DNA from: Azolla caroliniana
Taxonomy: Eukaryota; Plantae; Polypodiophyta
Assembly: GCA_043228905.1 (NCBI GenBank)
Contig: JBHGNT010000021.1
Span: 3,286,001 to 3,350,000 of the forward strand
Reading direction: 5' to 3'
Length of the DNA stretch: 64,000 nucleotides
The notes under the pieces: generated by a model
What the model saw: only the letters and a program-made list of their open reading frames with translations
What the model was told of the DNA's origin: nothing
Databases searched by the model: none
In this document: piece by piece, positions 14,644 through 27,879 of the stretch
How positions within the stretch are numbered: the stretch's first letter is position 1
How the letters are laid out: each line of letters opens with the position of its first letter
Translations under genes and position numbers: made by a program

Positions 14644-14736
14644 GCCCAATTAGGGTTCCGTCCTGGTCCCCGCAGAGCTTGCTCTAAGGCTCTTCTTCGT
14701 CTTGTTCCCTTCTCTCTCCTTCAAGCTCGTGTGAAC

Positions 14737-17700
14737 ATGCCTTGGCTCGCGGAGGAGTCGCAGCAAAAGAAGATGGCAGAGGAGCAAGAACCCCTTCTTA
14801 GAGAAAACGCTCAGAGGTTCTGCATGTTTCCTATCAAGTATCCATCCGTGTGGGAGATGTATAAGAAAGCTGAAGCCAGCTTCTGGACAGGTACTATATA
14901 GCCTTTTAAAAGACTTAGCTTTCACTCCATTTCTCGATGTTAAGCCTTCTGCATCTCTTTTTGCGAATCTTTATGCTTTTTATCCTTGAAGAGTTGTTAG
15001 GCTTTCTTATTGTGACGAATTTCTGTCCTCTGGACTTCTAGCCGTGAAGAATTTCTGTCCTCGGTCCTTTGTGAGGATTGAAGGTTTCAGAAGTTCGTAG
15101 GTGTTTGTTTAATGCTGAAGAATCTGTTTTTATTTCGTGGTTTCTATGCGTTTTCTTTCTCCATTATTTCGTTTTCTACTGTAGATTCTATTTTTTTCTT
15201 GTTTGCTGTATATTCTCCTTTGTTTTAACGGATTCAATCCGACAATTCTGCTTACAGTTAGGCCAGTCAAGCCGCTGATTTTGTTGTTTTTCTGGCTTAA
15301 TTCTGAGGTTTGCGAAATTCTTGCATTTTCTGCTGTGAAGGTTGCCCCACTTCTTCTCTAAGGATTCTTCCGAGTTACTTTTGCATCTTTTCACTGTATA
15401 TATTTGTTTTTCTGACCACCTCAATCGAGATATTTACCATTTGCTTTGTTCTTCTTCAGCGGAAGAGGTAGATTTGTCTAGCGACTTTCAACACTGGGAG
15501 GCTTTAAGTGATGATGAGAAGCATTTCATCAGCCACGTTCTGGCATTTTTTGCAGCTTCAGATGGCATTGTTCTGGAGAATCTAGGTGTTAGGTTCATGA
15601 AGGAGGTTCAGATCCCTGAGGTAAGCATGAGTTTCACTACGAATATCTACTATAACGTCACGGTTATTTGCAAATAGTATATATTAAGGATGGTAAGATC
15701 GTAGTTAACACCTCATACTATCTTTGATTCTACACATTTAATCTGACAGATCTTGTGATGTACACCTGATACCATCTTTTATTACTGCAAATATGTGTAT
15801 TATGATAGCAATTTTGGTGATAGTATTTCTGATACTTTTTGTCTTATTGATATGCATTTGTAAAGATACGCAATGGAATGTCTCATGCTGACTGTGTTTT
15901 GTTTTATGTATCTGATGGTAAGATTTGCAGTTGAACACCACGTATCATTTCTGTTTTGCATGTGTTTTATGGTTGTAAGTTTCGTGCTGGAATTCCTCAT
16001 ACCGTTCTTATGCAGTGGTATTATGATCATGTAGAGTTTTTGTAAAGCATGTGATTGTTTTTTTCATACATAGATGGCACCATTGATATGCATATGATCG
16101 CAATTATCTGTTTTGGATATGATCAAATCTATGATATGGCTGGAATCGCTTATTTACTTGTAAATGTTGCCAAATGTTTTTCGCAGATGATTGCATTTGG
16201 TTGATGCTTTGTTAGACATGTCATTAGTTCTTTGTTATGCACATGATCGCATCTGAAAATCTGTTCTTCCTAAATCCATTTCAGGCCAGAGCTTTCTATG
16301 GATTTCAGATTGCAATTGAAAACATCCACTCAGGTAGAATTCTGATGGAATCAAGCTCTTTTTTCCTTGATGGTTCTTAATAATGCTTATTTTTAATAGT
16401 TTGGCAATGGTGTTCCTATGTAGAGATGTATAGCCTTTTACTGGAAACATATATTCGAGATCAAAAGGAGAAGATGAGGTTATTCAATGCTATTGAGACA
16501 GTACCTTGCGTGGCAAAAAAAGCTGATTGGGCTCTACGTTGGATTGGAAGGTTGGTGTACAATGCTAGTAATTATCTCTTGATGTTAGCAATAAATTGGT
16601 CACATCTATATGTAAAAATTGAAGAGTTGTATGGTATCATTTGCTGAAATTCTTGCTGTTTTTGCTTATGTTTTTGCCTTCAGTGAAAGCTCATTTGCTG
16701 AGAGGCTTGTGGCATTTGCTTGTGTTGAAGGAATCTTCTTCTCTGGAAGGTGTTGCAATAACTTTTTGAATTATGACTATTTTTGTTGCAAAACCCATGA
16801 ATTTGTATCATTGTTTTTTAATGTTGTAGCTTACCATTTTGTGGCTCTTATACTGCTGCAAGTGTACTTCTCTAACATCTTAGTTTCGTGCCAGCTTTTG
16901 TGCCATTTTCTGGCTGAAGAAAAGAGGCCTGATGCCAGGGTTAACCTTCTCCAATGAATTGATATCACGAGATGAGGGCTTACATTGTGACTTTGCTTGT
17001 CTCCTATACTCGTATGTGGCCTCATTCCAATTTCTCCATCAGATTTAGTGTGCTTTTTATCAGATGAGTACGGACTGTGGTACATGATATGTGTTTTATG
17101 TTTTAGGCTCTTGGAAAATAAACTCTCTGAGTCCCAAGTAAAGGACATTGTGACTGATGCTGTGGAAATTGAAAGGGAATTTGTTTGTGAAGCTTTATCT
17201 TGCGACCTTGTAGGAATGAATTCTTCCTTGATGAGCCAGTACATTGATTTTGTTGCTGACAGACTAATGGTATGGCATTTGAACAAAATGGTTTTTTTCA
17301 TTGTAAATTTGTGAAGGTTTAGCATCAACCTTGGTATGCCTTTTGTTCAAAATGGTTTTTTTATTCCAATTTTCTGAAGCTCTAGCATTGACATATCATT
17401 GAATGAGCAGTGAATGTAGATCCTGTTCAAAATCAGGAGTTAGCATGTTGTTTGATAATTTGTTGAGAAGTGATTCATTGATTTGTATTCAATTCAGCTA
17501 TTGGATAAAATTGTATTTTAAAAGGAAGCGCTCTGACTTCCATGTATCAAACAAGCACTGAAAGCTTCATTGGTTTGCATTCAGGTTGCTCTGGGCTACG
17601 ATAAGATTTACAATGCTCAAAATCCATTTGATTGGATGGAGCTCATTTCGCTTCAGTAAGTTCTCTGCAAATTTTCGTGCTTTTGTATATGATGGATTCA

Positions 17701-17966
17701 GATAAACCTACATAAAATTTCATGCTTATGTACATACATCTATCTATACATTTTATCATACACCTACACAAATTTAAATATTATACAGATTTTTTTTCAT
17801 TTGATTCAATTCATGGACTTGACCAAATAACAAAGTTGTGTAACTTCGCAGAGGAAAGACAAATTTCTTTGAAAAGAGGGTGGGTGAATACCAGAAGGCT
17901 TCTGTGATGGCCAATTTGGGCAGCTCTGAGGGTAACCATGTGTTTCGACTCGATGAGGATTTCTAG
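14737..17966 (+). CDS. RNR2: Ribonucleoside-diphosphate reductase small subunit (R2), intron-rich RNR2A-like. Exons 14737-14890, 15460-15620, 16285-16333, 16424-16550, 16684-16749, 16895-17011, 17107-17269, 17585-17655, 17852-17966
   Basis: Spliced translation gives [91 protein letters not shown]-terminal FRLDEDF-stop. All introns GT-AG. Confidence 0.96.
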
Positions 17967-18582
17967 ATTTAATATTGTTCTTGTCAATCCTTTGATCTTG
18001 TGGCTTCAGCGGTGTACCATAACACAATGTATTATGTTTTGCAATGATTTCTTTGCAATCTGAGGCTGATGAATGTATCACTATGAAATTATTTCTTGTC
18101 TTCTTAGATTGACTTATAAACAAGTAATGTATAGAATCAATCCATTAAAGAATTTCCAAAGCTTTATTATATAGCATTGGCTAACTAAGAAAGCAGTCTA
18201 ATGCAAAAGGGATGTGATGTTTGGTAGCAGTCTAATGCAAAAGGGATGTGATGTTTGGTACTGTTTTACTAAAAGTGAATGAAGAAAATGAGACAGTGAT
18301 TTAACTAACTAATAAACAATTTTAAAAAGTTACAGCAATGATCTACCTGTTTTCTAGTACTGATGGTTGATAGTATATCTTTCAATTGATCAGTAGTTGT
18401 AAATAGATCAATGAATTGGTTACACATTCAGAGATCTAAAATTTCTTAGTGCTGTACTATAATCTCCTTTCATTCTTATATTCGTTCATTTGAATTGGCA
18501 GTATGTTGAGTTATTAGAAAGACAACCTTGATTTTTTATTCCACGAGACTCCTTTATAGTAACTTGCATATGGTTTAGCATG

Positions 18583-18931
18583 CATATGTTTATGGATTCT
18601 TTGTAAGTTTGCTTGTATGTTATACATGGCTACACTAAAAGTAAACATTTGAGCAACTGGTAACAAAAATCGTCAAATAATTCGCACGCATATGTTCATG
18701 GATTCTTTGTAAGTTTGCTTGCATGTTATACAAGTCTACACTAAAAGTAAACATTTGAGCAACTGGTAACAAAAATCGTCAAATAATTCGCACGCATATG
18801 TTCATGGATTCTTTGCAAGTTTGCTTGCATGTTATACATGTCTACACTAAAAGTAAATGGATTCTTTGTAAGTTTGCTTGCATGTTATACATGTCTACAT
18901 TAAAAGTAAACATTTGAGCGACTGGTAACAA
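18583..18931. repeat. Tandem repeat of about 105 bp, roughly 3.5 copies, downstream of RNR2
   Basis: ATGGATTCTTTGTAAGTTTGCTTG...CTACACTAAAAGTAAA recurs near 18592, 18698, 18804 and 18857. Confidence 0.9.
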
Positions 18932-19865
18932 TGCTTCAATTTTAGTAATCTCTAAAATCCTCAAATAATTCTCATTACATAAATTAAGAGAACTTTTCTG
19001 TTTAATGTCATGCTTTTCTGATCAAAATTCCTTCTGTTGACAATGTGGTCGATTGCTGTTGACTTGATATTTGGTTATCAAAGAATGTTGCAAACCTGAT
19101 AATGTATATTTCTCGAAATGGCAATGCAGTTTCAAATGGATTAGTTTAACGTTGATGACTCTGTTCAGCAGAGCTTGCTAAGAATACTTTTTCAATAAAA
19201 TGACTTTGAAGTACAAAAGTATTTTGTTGATTAATCTACGCCATTATGCCCAAAACATGATATTACTCATTTCAAATGTGAAATGAAAGAGTTGAAGCTT
19301 TGACCAATATATAATCTACGACAATAATCTGCAACATTTTGGAGATAAAAATTGCAGCTATAGTGGAGATATCCTAGCTATGAAAGAACACCGGCATTAC
19401 TAATACTGGGGAGTTCCAAGTGGAAATATCATATGTTTATAAGTTGGTTTTGTTATCAACAAGTTTTGAGAAGAGCTGCTTTGATTCATGAAATCCATGT
19501 CATTTACTCATCTTCACTGCAGTAAATTCTTGAAACCCATGTGCATAAAGTAGAGGTTACGTCTGGAAACCGCTTGTATGTGCTTACTTTGGATAAAAAA
19601 TAACTCTTAACCGTTAGACACCTGATCTAGGTACTGTGCCACACTAAATAAGCAGCTGGGTTCTGTACTTCAGGTTTTAGGGTTGGGTTCTATTGTGGTG
19701 GCCAAACTTAAATATTGAAATTTCTGATGACAAGATCAACCCTTCTTCACAAGTCAAATATGGTTTCTTTTTGGAGAATTTCAATCTTAGCTCTGTATTA
19801 CACAATCAGTAGTTTAATATCTGTTTTACAGCTAGAGATTGGTGAAACCATCAGGAAGTACATAA

Positions 19866-20208
19866 GAGCATCACCATCAAGGACACGGTTAAGAGGGTAG
19901 CTTATATAAAGCAAAACTTAAAAACTACTAAATGTGTTTTACAGCTAGAGGTTGATGAAACCATCCGGAATTACTTTAGAGCACCACCATTGATGGATTA
20001 TATTGCATTAGTGTTGTCACTTGCTTGAGTATTGAAGAGCATCACCATCAAGGACACGGTTAAGAGGGTAGCTTATATAAAGCAAAACTTAAAAACTACT
20101 AAATGTGTTTTACAGCTAGAGGTTGATGAAACCATCCGGGATTACTTTAGAGCACCACCATTGATGGATTATATTGCATTAGTGGTCACTTGCTTGAGTA
20201 TTGAAGAA
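19866..20208. repeat. Direct tandem duplication of about 171 bp
   Basis: GAGCATCACCATCAAGGACACGG...CACTTGCTTGAGTATTGAAGA occurs twice. Confidence 0.9.
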
Positions 20209-21239
20209 CATATTTGTTAAGGTTTTGCAGAGAGGTTGTCTATAAGATTGAGAGAGTTGGTGGTGGGGGTGAGCTCTAAACCCTATTTGATAGTTGAAGG
20301 CATGTTTGTAATCTTTTAATTAATTCTATGTGACTAGTAATCATGATTCTTGGTGGTTTTTGAGATAACAAGGTTTCCAGGGAAGATGGTTGACTACTCT
20401 GGATTTGATATTGTCTAAAATGTTAGAAAACAAGTACTTGCCCAGGCTGAAGTGCCAACTTAACAAACATTGATGGAACAAAATGAAATTTGTTTAAAGA
20501 TTACGAGGCTAAAATGCCACCTTGACAAACATTGATGGAACAAAGTGAACTTTGTTTGAAGATTATCATATTATGCAACTCAGTTATTCTAGTTGGCATC
20601 AGTAGGTCAGATGGCTGGGATCAATTCATCAGTAAGCTGGGGCATTGGGTTTTCCATTGCATTGCCATTGCCATTGCCATGGTTCTCTGCTTGTTCAAAC
20701 CTTGGTGCCAGTTCAATACATTAATGAGTCAGTGCTCATGTGTTGAGGGTCAGTGCTCTACACACGCTGGTGAGGTCAAATTTTGTATTTGTAGGCGTGT
20801 TGTTACCCTTTTCCCTAAAGCCTTCACTAGGTTCACATATTTCCACTCTAGGCGCTAAAGTGGTGAATAGATGTGATGATATACTTACCAGGGTCAAACA
20901 ACAGGATGAGATACTATCACCATCTTTACCCTATTTTCCATATTTGAGATCACCCTAGGTTGCTCTTAAGAATTTGCTAGACATATTTGCTTTCAAAAAA
21001 ATATTAGCAAGGAATTCCATTACACTAGATCCCTCAAGAGATAAGCTTATCTTTGTTCCATAAATGTACAAATTTCAGCCATGAATTACTGTACAAAAAG
21101 GTAAAAATGGGAGTTACTACTAAACAATGAATATGGAGGGCAGCAATTGCTGCAATTTTAATGAATATACATAGCAAACACCGCCATCACCCGCTGTACA
21201 AAGATGGCGCAAATGTTCTGACAATGAACTGGAAGAAAT

Positions 21240-24200
21240 CTATCGAGGTCTGATGCCACGAGGACCACGTTTTGATCCTCTCTTGCCAAGTCCATACTCC
21301 TCATCATAATCATCCCCTCTTTCAGCAATTGCATCTTTGTCTTGAATATAGCCTGCAGCATTGTACCACAATGTTAATTTTTGTTACCTTCAGTGACATA
21401 CAAATCATTCATTCATAATACTGATAAGCAAAAACACAACTTTAAATATATTATAATTATACATTGTACCTAATTTCGATGCCCAAGCATATGTGTCTTG
21501 TGAATATTCAGCTGGCGCCTTCAAACCATTCATCATGGATAGGAACGATACTCCAAAACCAGCATCATAATCTGCATCTAACTTATTATTTAATTGAGAG
21601 TCATATAATTTCCTCTCAACTACCACTTTGAAGTTCTCATCACGCATCCGAACCTGTGAACAAAAACCATATACGAAGTAAACCATATGATATGCACCAA
21701 CATGTATAGACAGCAAGATATGAGCTATTGACCTACCTCAACAATGGGTTTCCTGCCATGGAGGAGAGAGTCAACACTTCGGTCTGTCTACATTACATAT
21801 ATCAAAAGAAATGCATTACACATCGGCCATCTCCAATGACTAAAATGCATTACACTGCTTACAAGTTGATGTAAAAATGAATGGGAAATTTATAGGCTTT
21901 CTAACCTGATGGGCAACCCAATGGCTTCTTTCTCGCATTTCAATGAGAAGAGGAAAAGTGGAGGGCGCCTTGCGTTCTAGCACACTCTTTTGGGTGCCTC
22001 TTGCTCGAGCCTGTTCATCCCCCAAGGTTACTGTTTGCACGCCACCAACCTGATTGTTATAATGCAAGTCAATTCACGAACTTCAGATCCATAGCTCCAT
22101 GTCATGGAATGAAACATGACGCATTAGCTTGCAATGAGAATAAAACTTGCCAAATCACACAATGTTGGATTCTTGATGATGTTTTCAAGCATCTGGCCAT
22201 GAGCGGTACCAACTAGCATAACACCCCTTTCAGCAATCGTTCGGCATGCTAGAGCCTCCGCCTCTGTTCCAATTTCATCAACAATGACAACTTCAGGCAT
22301 ATGGTTCTCTACAGCTTCAACCATAACCTCATGCTGCATTGAAGGATCTGGAACTTGCATCCTTCGCGCTCCTCCAATTGCTGGGTGTGGAACATCTCCA
22401 TCACCACCAATCTCATTGCTAGTATCCACAATTACCTGCATTTCATGCATAAATCTCAATTCACAATTCCTTCAGATTTATGGCATTATTTAATTATGTT
22501 TTTGAATTTGATACTCTAGTCTCATACCACTCTCTTATGAAGCTCATCAGCCAAGACCCGAGCTATTTCACGTATGACGGTTGTTTTTCCCACACCTGGC
22601 CTGTAGAATTGAAATTGGTTATAGCTCCCTTTAGAAAAGCATAATGCAAGAGAAAAAAGTGTAATGCTTATTGCTCACAAAAGAAAGGCATCACACCACA
22701 CACAAAGTAAATGTTTGGCATAGGGACCATAGACGAATGTATACCTTCCTAAGAACAAAATGCTTTGGCCAAGATGGAGAAGATCTCGTGCCATATTGAC
22801 ATGCCCAGTTACAGCCCGACCTACTCTACATGTCAAACCAACTATAGTTCCCTTCCTACTGCGAATACCTGAAATTCGGTGAAGTGTACCTTCAATACCA
22901 GCCCGATTATCTCCACCAAATTCTCCAAGTGCTGCCTGAGCGACATCAAGGTCTTTCCTAGTAACCTGAGAAAACCATTCTACCAGAACTTAAGATATAA
23001 ACGCGACACATGAGATCTCTCTTACACAGAAATTTAAAAACAGACCTCTTCTGAGCGTAGAAACTCTCCTCCACCATCGCCAAGAAATCGTGCTTCTGGA
23101 TACCTGCCCAAATCTAGAACCACCTGAAATAATTGAGAAATCAATCACATACAGGAAGACTAAAATTCCAAACTGAAATTCAAGATCCAGTTCAAGATGA
23201 GTAATAAGTTATATAACTATTTCAATTATCAGAATTTCATATGAGATCTAGCGGCAAAGAAGGGTGCTCACTGATTCCATCCTCTGCATTTATGTATTAG
23301 AACATATAATGTATCAAAGAATTGTTAATACATTAGAGTATTATCATGAATTGATCCTGAGTACATACACATGTCAATCAATAGAGATTGTTTGTAATTT
23401 AAGACTACATGGTTGCTTGTATTCAGTTCAAGTACACATGATTGATCAGAGTTCTTTCATATTTCAAGAAACTCTTCCCATAAGCTGTACGGATATGTTG
23501 CCCCATCAATTTCATACCAAACTCTTTAACAGCAAGATTGAGAGACATCATACACTCTTGACCCGCCAAATGGATAGGCTCTTTTGATTTGTATAAGTTT
23601 GATGACTGTGGGGGTATAGCTAGATACAAATGAAGGTACAAGGCAAGGCCTATGCATGGTGGGCATGGCTATTTCCTAAGTCCACAATATCGAAAATTTA
23701 AACACCCCCTTCACAATAATCTGGTAGATATTTTATAACTATGACAAAAATTATGTCACCACTCTAGCTATTTCTCAGAACACAGCCCATAGCAGCTTGA
23801 GATCTGACTAGTGAAAATAACTGGAAAGAAAGAAAACTCTTCATGAAAGCTGAATTTGAGATTGGATCACCAGGAAATCCTAGATTTCTTTGTAGAAACG
23901 TTAATTGCCTTTCTTCTCTAATTGCTCCCTAAAAATGATCCACACCCAGTTTTTGAGAATTCAATCTGTTTAACATGATTGTATATTATTGTTAAAAACT
24001 TTCGAAATTACAAGAGGTCAATTTGTTTAACATATAAATATATTTTAACAAACGTTTGAAATTACAAGAGGTTTTGAAATTGGCAATTCTATGGAGTCAT
24101 TAACATATACATCCGTTGGACTTCTCACAGTTGTTTCCATACAAATTTTAATGTTCACATGTGTATAATCTCTTGTGAATGGTATTATGCATGCTAGTCT

Positions 24201-26531
24201 TAACATATTTATCCATTGGATCTCTCAAGGTTGTTTCCATTACGCATATTTTAATGTTTACATATGTATAATCTCTTCTCAATGGTATCACACATACTAG
24301 ACCTTAAAGTTACTCTGCAAAATTGTTCACATTTTTATTTCATATTGGTCAAAAGAATGTGTAATAGACACTCATTTATGTTCTCATTTATTTTTTCTTC
24401 CTATTTCATATGTTCAAAGCAATACTAACCATGCTAAATTTCCACAATGTAATTACAAGTTACATGCCATGAGAAGTCGAAGTTGAAGACCAACATTCAG
24501 ATACACAATGACAATTGAGTAGCATTCTAACAATTTTTAACTGAAGGCTTAATATGTTTCTAAATAGTTTTAAAGGTTTTATTTAATAACAAACACTGTG
24601 AACTTCTTGCATTACTTTTGAATGTCTAAATGATGTTATATTGTTTGACATTTTGCTTATAATATAGAAACTAAGCGAAGTTTCTTAAAAACATTATTAT
24701 ACATTTGGTTACATGATCCTGTTACTCTCAAAATAGCCATAGTTGGTATTGTTCTTCTTGAAAAAGTAAGATTGATACGAGATCTTAAATGCCACTTCTG
24801 AAATGAGATACAAATATCTCAAAAAAATTGAAGTGCAATTTTCAATACTAGTGATCTGATCACAAAATGGTGAACTTATGTTTAAATGTAAACCATTGTA
24901 ACTGCAACTATTTTAGATTGTAACTTTCCTTCAGAAAATGACATGAAGTAGTTGACATTGCATATGTAATGTGCGTATTTCGTAAGTATTTAATAGATAC
25001 AAAAAATGTATTTAAAGTACTTTTAGTTCGAGACGTACTTAACCTGAAACAATATATTAAATACACATGATACCAGCCAGTATTATGCCTAATGTACTTT
25101 AAATATTCATAGATAAAATTTTAAGACGAAATTTCCCCATATTATACATGCTTTTAAGCTATCAATGTGATGTCTTCTGCTTTCTTGTAGTGGTCATTTG
25201 TCTCTTAAAAATGTTCTATTCATTTTGCCAATTACAAATAGCATGTGAGCATTCATACCTCAAGTAGCTCTGACCGTCGGGGATGTTCCAATAATTTTTC
25301 TCTAATATCTTCTGGCAAAACCTAAAAACGAAATCAAAATTGTGAGAACCAATCACGTTTCAAGATTGATAATATTTACATTTCAATATGGATAAAGAAC
25401 CCGTGATGGCTCAGGATGCATAAATTTAGGATTCATTATCTATGGTTAGCTGTAGAACTTAGCATAATGAAGCACAAATTCCACATGAACATACATATCC
25501 ATCCAGTGCACCGCTTTGACAGATAGGCAAAACAGTGAGAAGCAAAGTTCATGTTCGCCTCAATGTGATACTTTACAATGCAACTGTGGTGTATTAGAAA
25601 TGTTACTTTGTTCAAATCTCACATGTACGTATCCATCAGAAGTACATCATGGAACATCTGCATGATATCAGATATCGTATTTTCTGTCATGTAATGGTTA
25701 TGTATTATGGAAGCAACTCGAAGTCCCAAATGAGCTACCAGATTGTACATGAACTACATGTCCATCTGAAGTATAAGCAGAAGATAGACAACATCTGAGA
25801 AGCAATTTCAGTCTGTGAGGTATGCATTCATTCAGACTACATATGTAATACTTTCCACAATGTAATCATCATGAACTAATCATAAAATTTTCACATAAAC
25901 TGTATATCCAGATGGATATGTTGAGCACATGAGATCAACTTTCACGTTCTCTATAAATCACTATGTATTAAGGACGTGACTTTGTTAATTATTTACATAA
26001 TCTACAACACTTCGCATGAACAACATATCCATCCACAGTACAACGCAGCACGTAGAGAAGTCTTTTATACATGAGGAAACATGTATAAAAGGTGCAATTA
26101 CCATTTTCTCTGTGTAATTGTTAACATCACGAATTACCAATGACGCTTTCTTCCAATTCACATGAACTACAACATTTTCTGCAGATTAGCCAACACACCT
26201 GCAAGAGAGCATCTAGATCATCGCATACAACTATAGGTCCTTCGGGATTCGTCTCAGATTTCTCTGTACCTTCCTTTCTACTTTCTTGATCTCCAGAGAC
26301 TGAATCTGCATACCTCGCACTGGACCTCGGGATAAAAGAGCTAAGCTTTGAAGACAAAGATTCTGTATTCATTCTTCCAGAGGTTTCTCCTGTTCTTCTT
26401 CTTCTACATGATGTTGTTCTTCTTGCCTGTGCGATCGAATAGATTTGAAGTCTTGTAGATGGACGGATCGAAGCTCGCTCAGAAACAAGATTTGCAAAGC
26501 TTCGCAACTCAAGGGGCAGGTTAGCTCCCAT
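21240..26531 (-). CDS. Ycf45/SpoIIIAA-like P-loop NTPase, probably plastid-targeted. Exons in + coordinates: 26199-26531, 25259-25321, 23046-23123, 22745-22965, 22528-22600, 22151-22435, 21906-22049, 21737-21787, 21470-21653, 21240-21352
   Basis: Spliced motifs: [43 protein letters not shown], Walker [26 protein letters not shown], Walker [20 protein letters not shown]. Ser/Arg-rich N-terminus from ATG 26531. One GC-AG intron. Confidence 0.9.
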
Positions 26532-26653
26532 TTTCGCGAGAAAAAGAGGAGAAACAGTATGCACGGAATATCAGGATTTTCTGAATCAGTCACTGGTGAG
26601 GAATAGGGCTTCCCACAGTCTCAGTCAAAAACTAGAGTTTTGCACACTGAAGA

Positions 26654-26853
26654 TTAGGGTTTTGCACAGCCTCGTCGCCGAACGAAAACCAGGAGTTTTC
26701 AGGGCCTCTACTGAAGATTAGGATATTTGCACATTCCGCAGTTGAAGATTTAGGGTTATGCAAAAGCTGTGGGTGAGAAAGTAGGGTTTGCCAGCGTTTT
26801 CTGTGGAGGAGGGGGGGAGGGGGTGGGTGTGCGCTGAAGGCGATTAGGGTTTG
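26654..26853 (-). promoter_or_regulatory. Telo-box (AAACCCTA) cluster upstream of the Ycf45-like gene
   Basis: TAGGGTTT or TAGGGTTA on the + strand near 26656, 26751, 26782 and 26845, all within about 320 bp of the ATG. Confidence 0.55.
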
Positions 26854-27441
26854 GGGACACACACAGAGGCGGTTCTTTGACTTTGTAAACAAACCTCAGC
26901 CACAGGCTTAGTTAGAGAGGCACCAGCTAAATAAAACACCGCACACGAAACACATTTTGTGTGTGTGTGTTCTCATGTGTTCTCATGGAATAGAGGAGGG
27001 GACTCTCCTTCTTCCTTCTTCCTTCTACTTCTTCCTTCGTTCTGGAACCCCAACCCCGACCCCGGACCGGACCAGACTAGAGCAGAGCAGACCCTCTAAG
27101 ATTACTTCACCGGTGACATGTGTGGTATATCCCTATTCTGTCCCAGCTGGGACAGAGTCCCAGAACCTGACTGGGGCTCACCTGCAACCCCAGGCCCAGG
27201 GCTAGTCCCAGTCCCGAATCGTGGCTCGTGCGGAAAAGTACTTATAGGGCCGCCGCCACCATGGTTTGTCCCAACATGTACCTCCCCAAGGGACTACCCA
27301 ACAGCTAGTCACCCCCCCCCCCCCCCCCCCCCCCCAAACTGCCATATATGTATTTGGCCTTACATAAGGAGGAGCCACTCCTCAATTCTCTTCATTCTCG
27401 AATACACAAGTTTTTTGCTCCAAGCTGTGTGCTAGTGCTCG

Positions 27442-27482
<41 letters not shown>

Positions 27483-27676
27483 CAGTTTGTTTGGACTTGT
27501 CCTTACGTAGGTTCTGGTTTTAGGGTTGTTGTACTAAAATTGAGTTGTGAACCTAATATACGAGCATTTTTGTCTCCGTGTTTGTTCCCATTTGTGTATT
27601 CTGGTGTAATCTTGATTTTGGGGACGTTACAACATGTATGTTGCTAGTAGACATACTAGAGGTTAATCGAAGTCTA

Positions 27677-27714
<38 letters not shown>

Positions 27715-27879
27715 CGTGTGGAATTTTGGATGTTAGAGCATGTGGGGATCATTTCCTCAAATGCATATTCAAGTTTTTTAATAGCATTACAGAACATTCC
27801 TCTCCCTACATAGGCATATGATAGGTAGAGGAGACTAAGAAGTGTTGTAACTAAGTGGATTTTACATACAATTAATATA

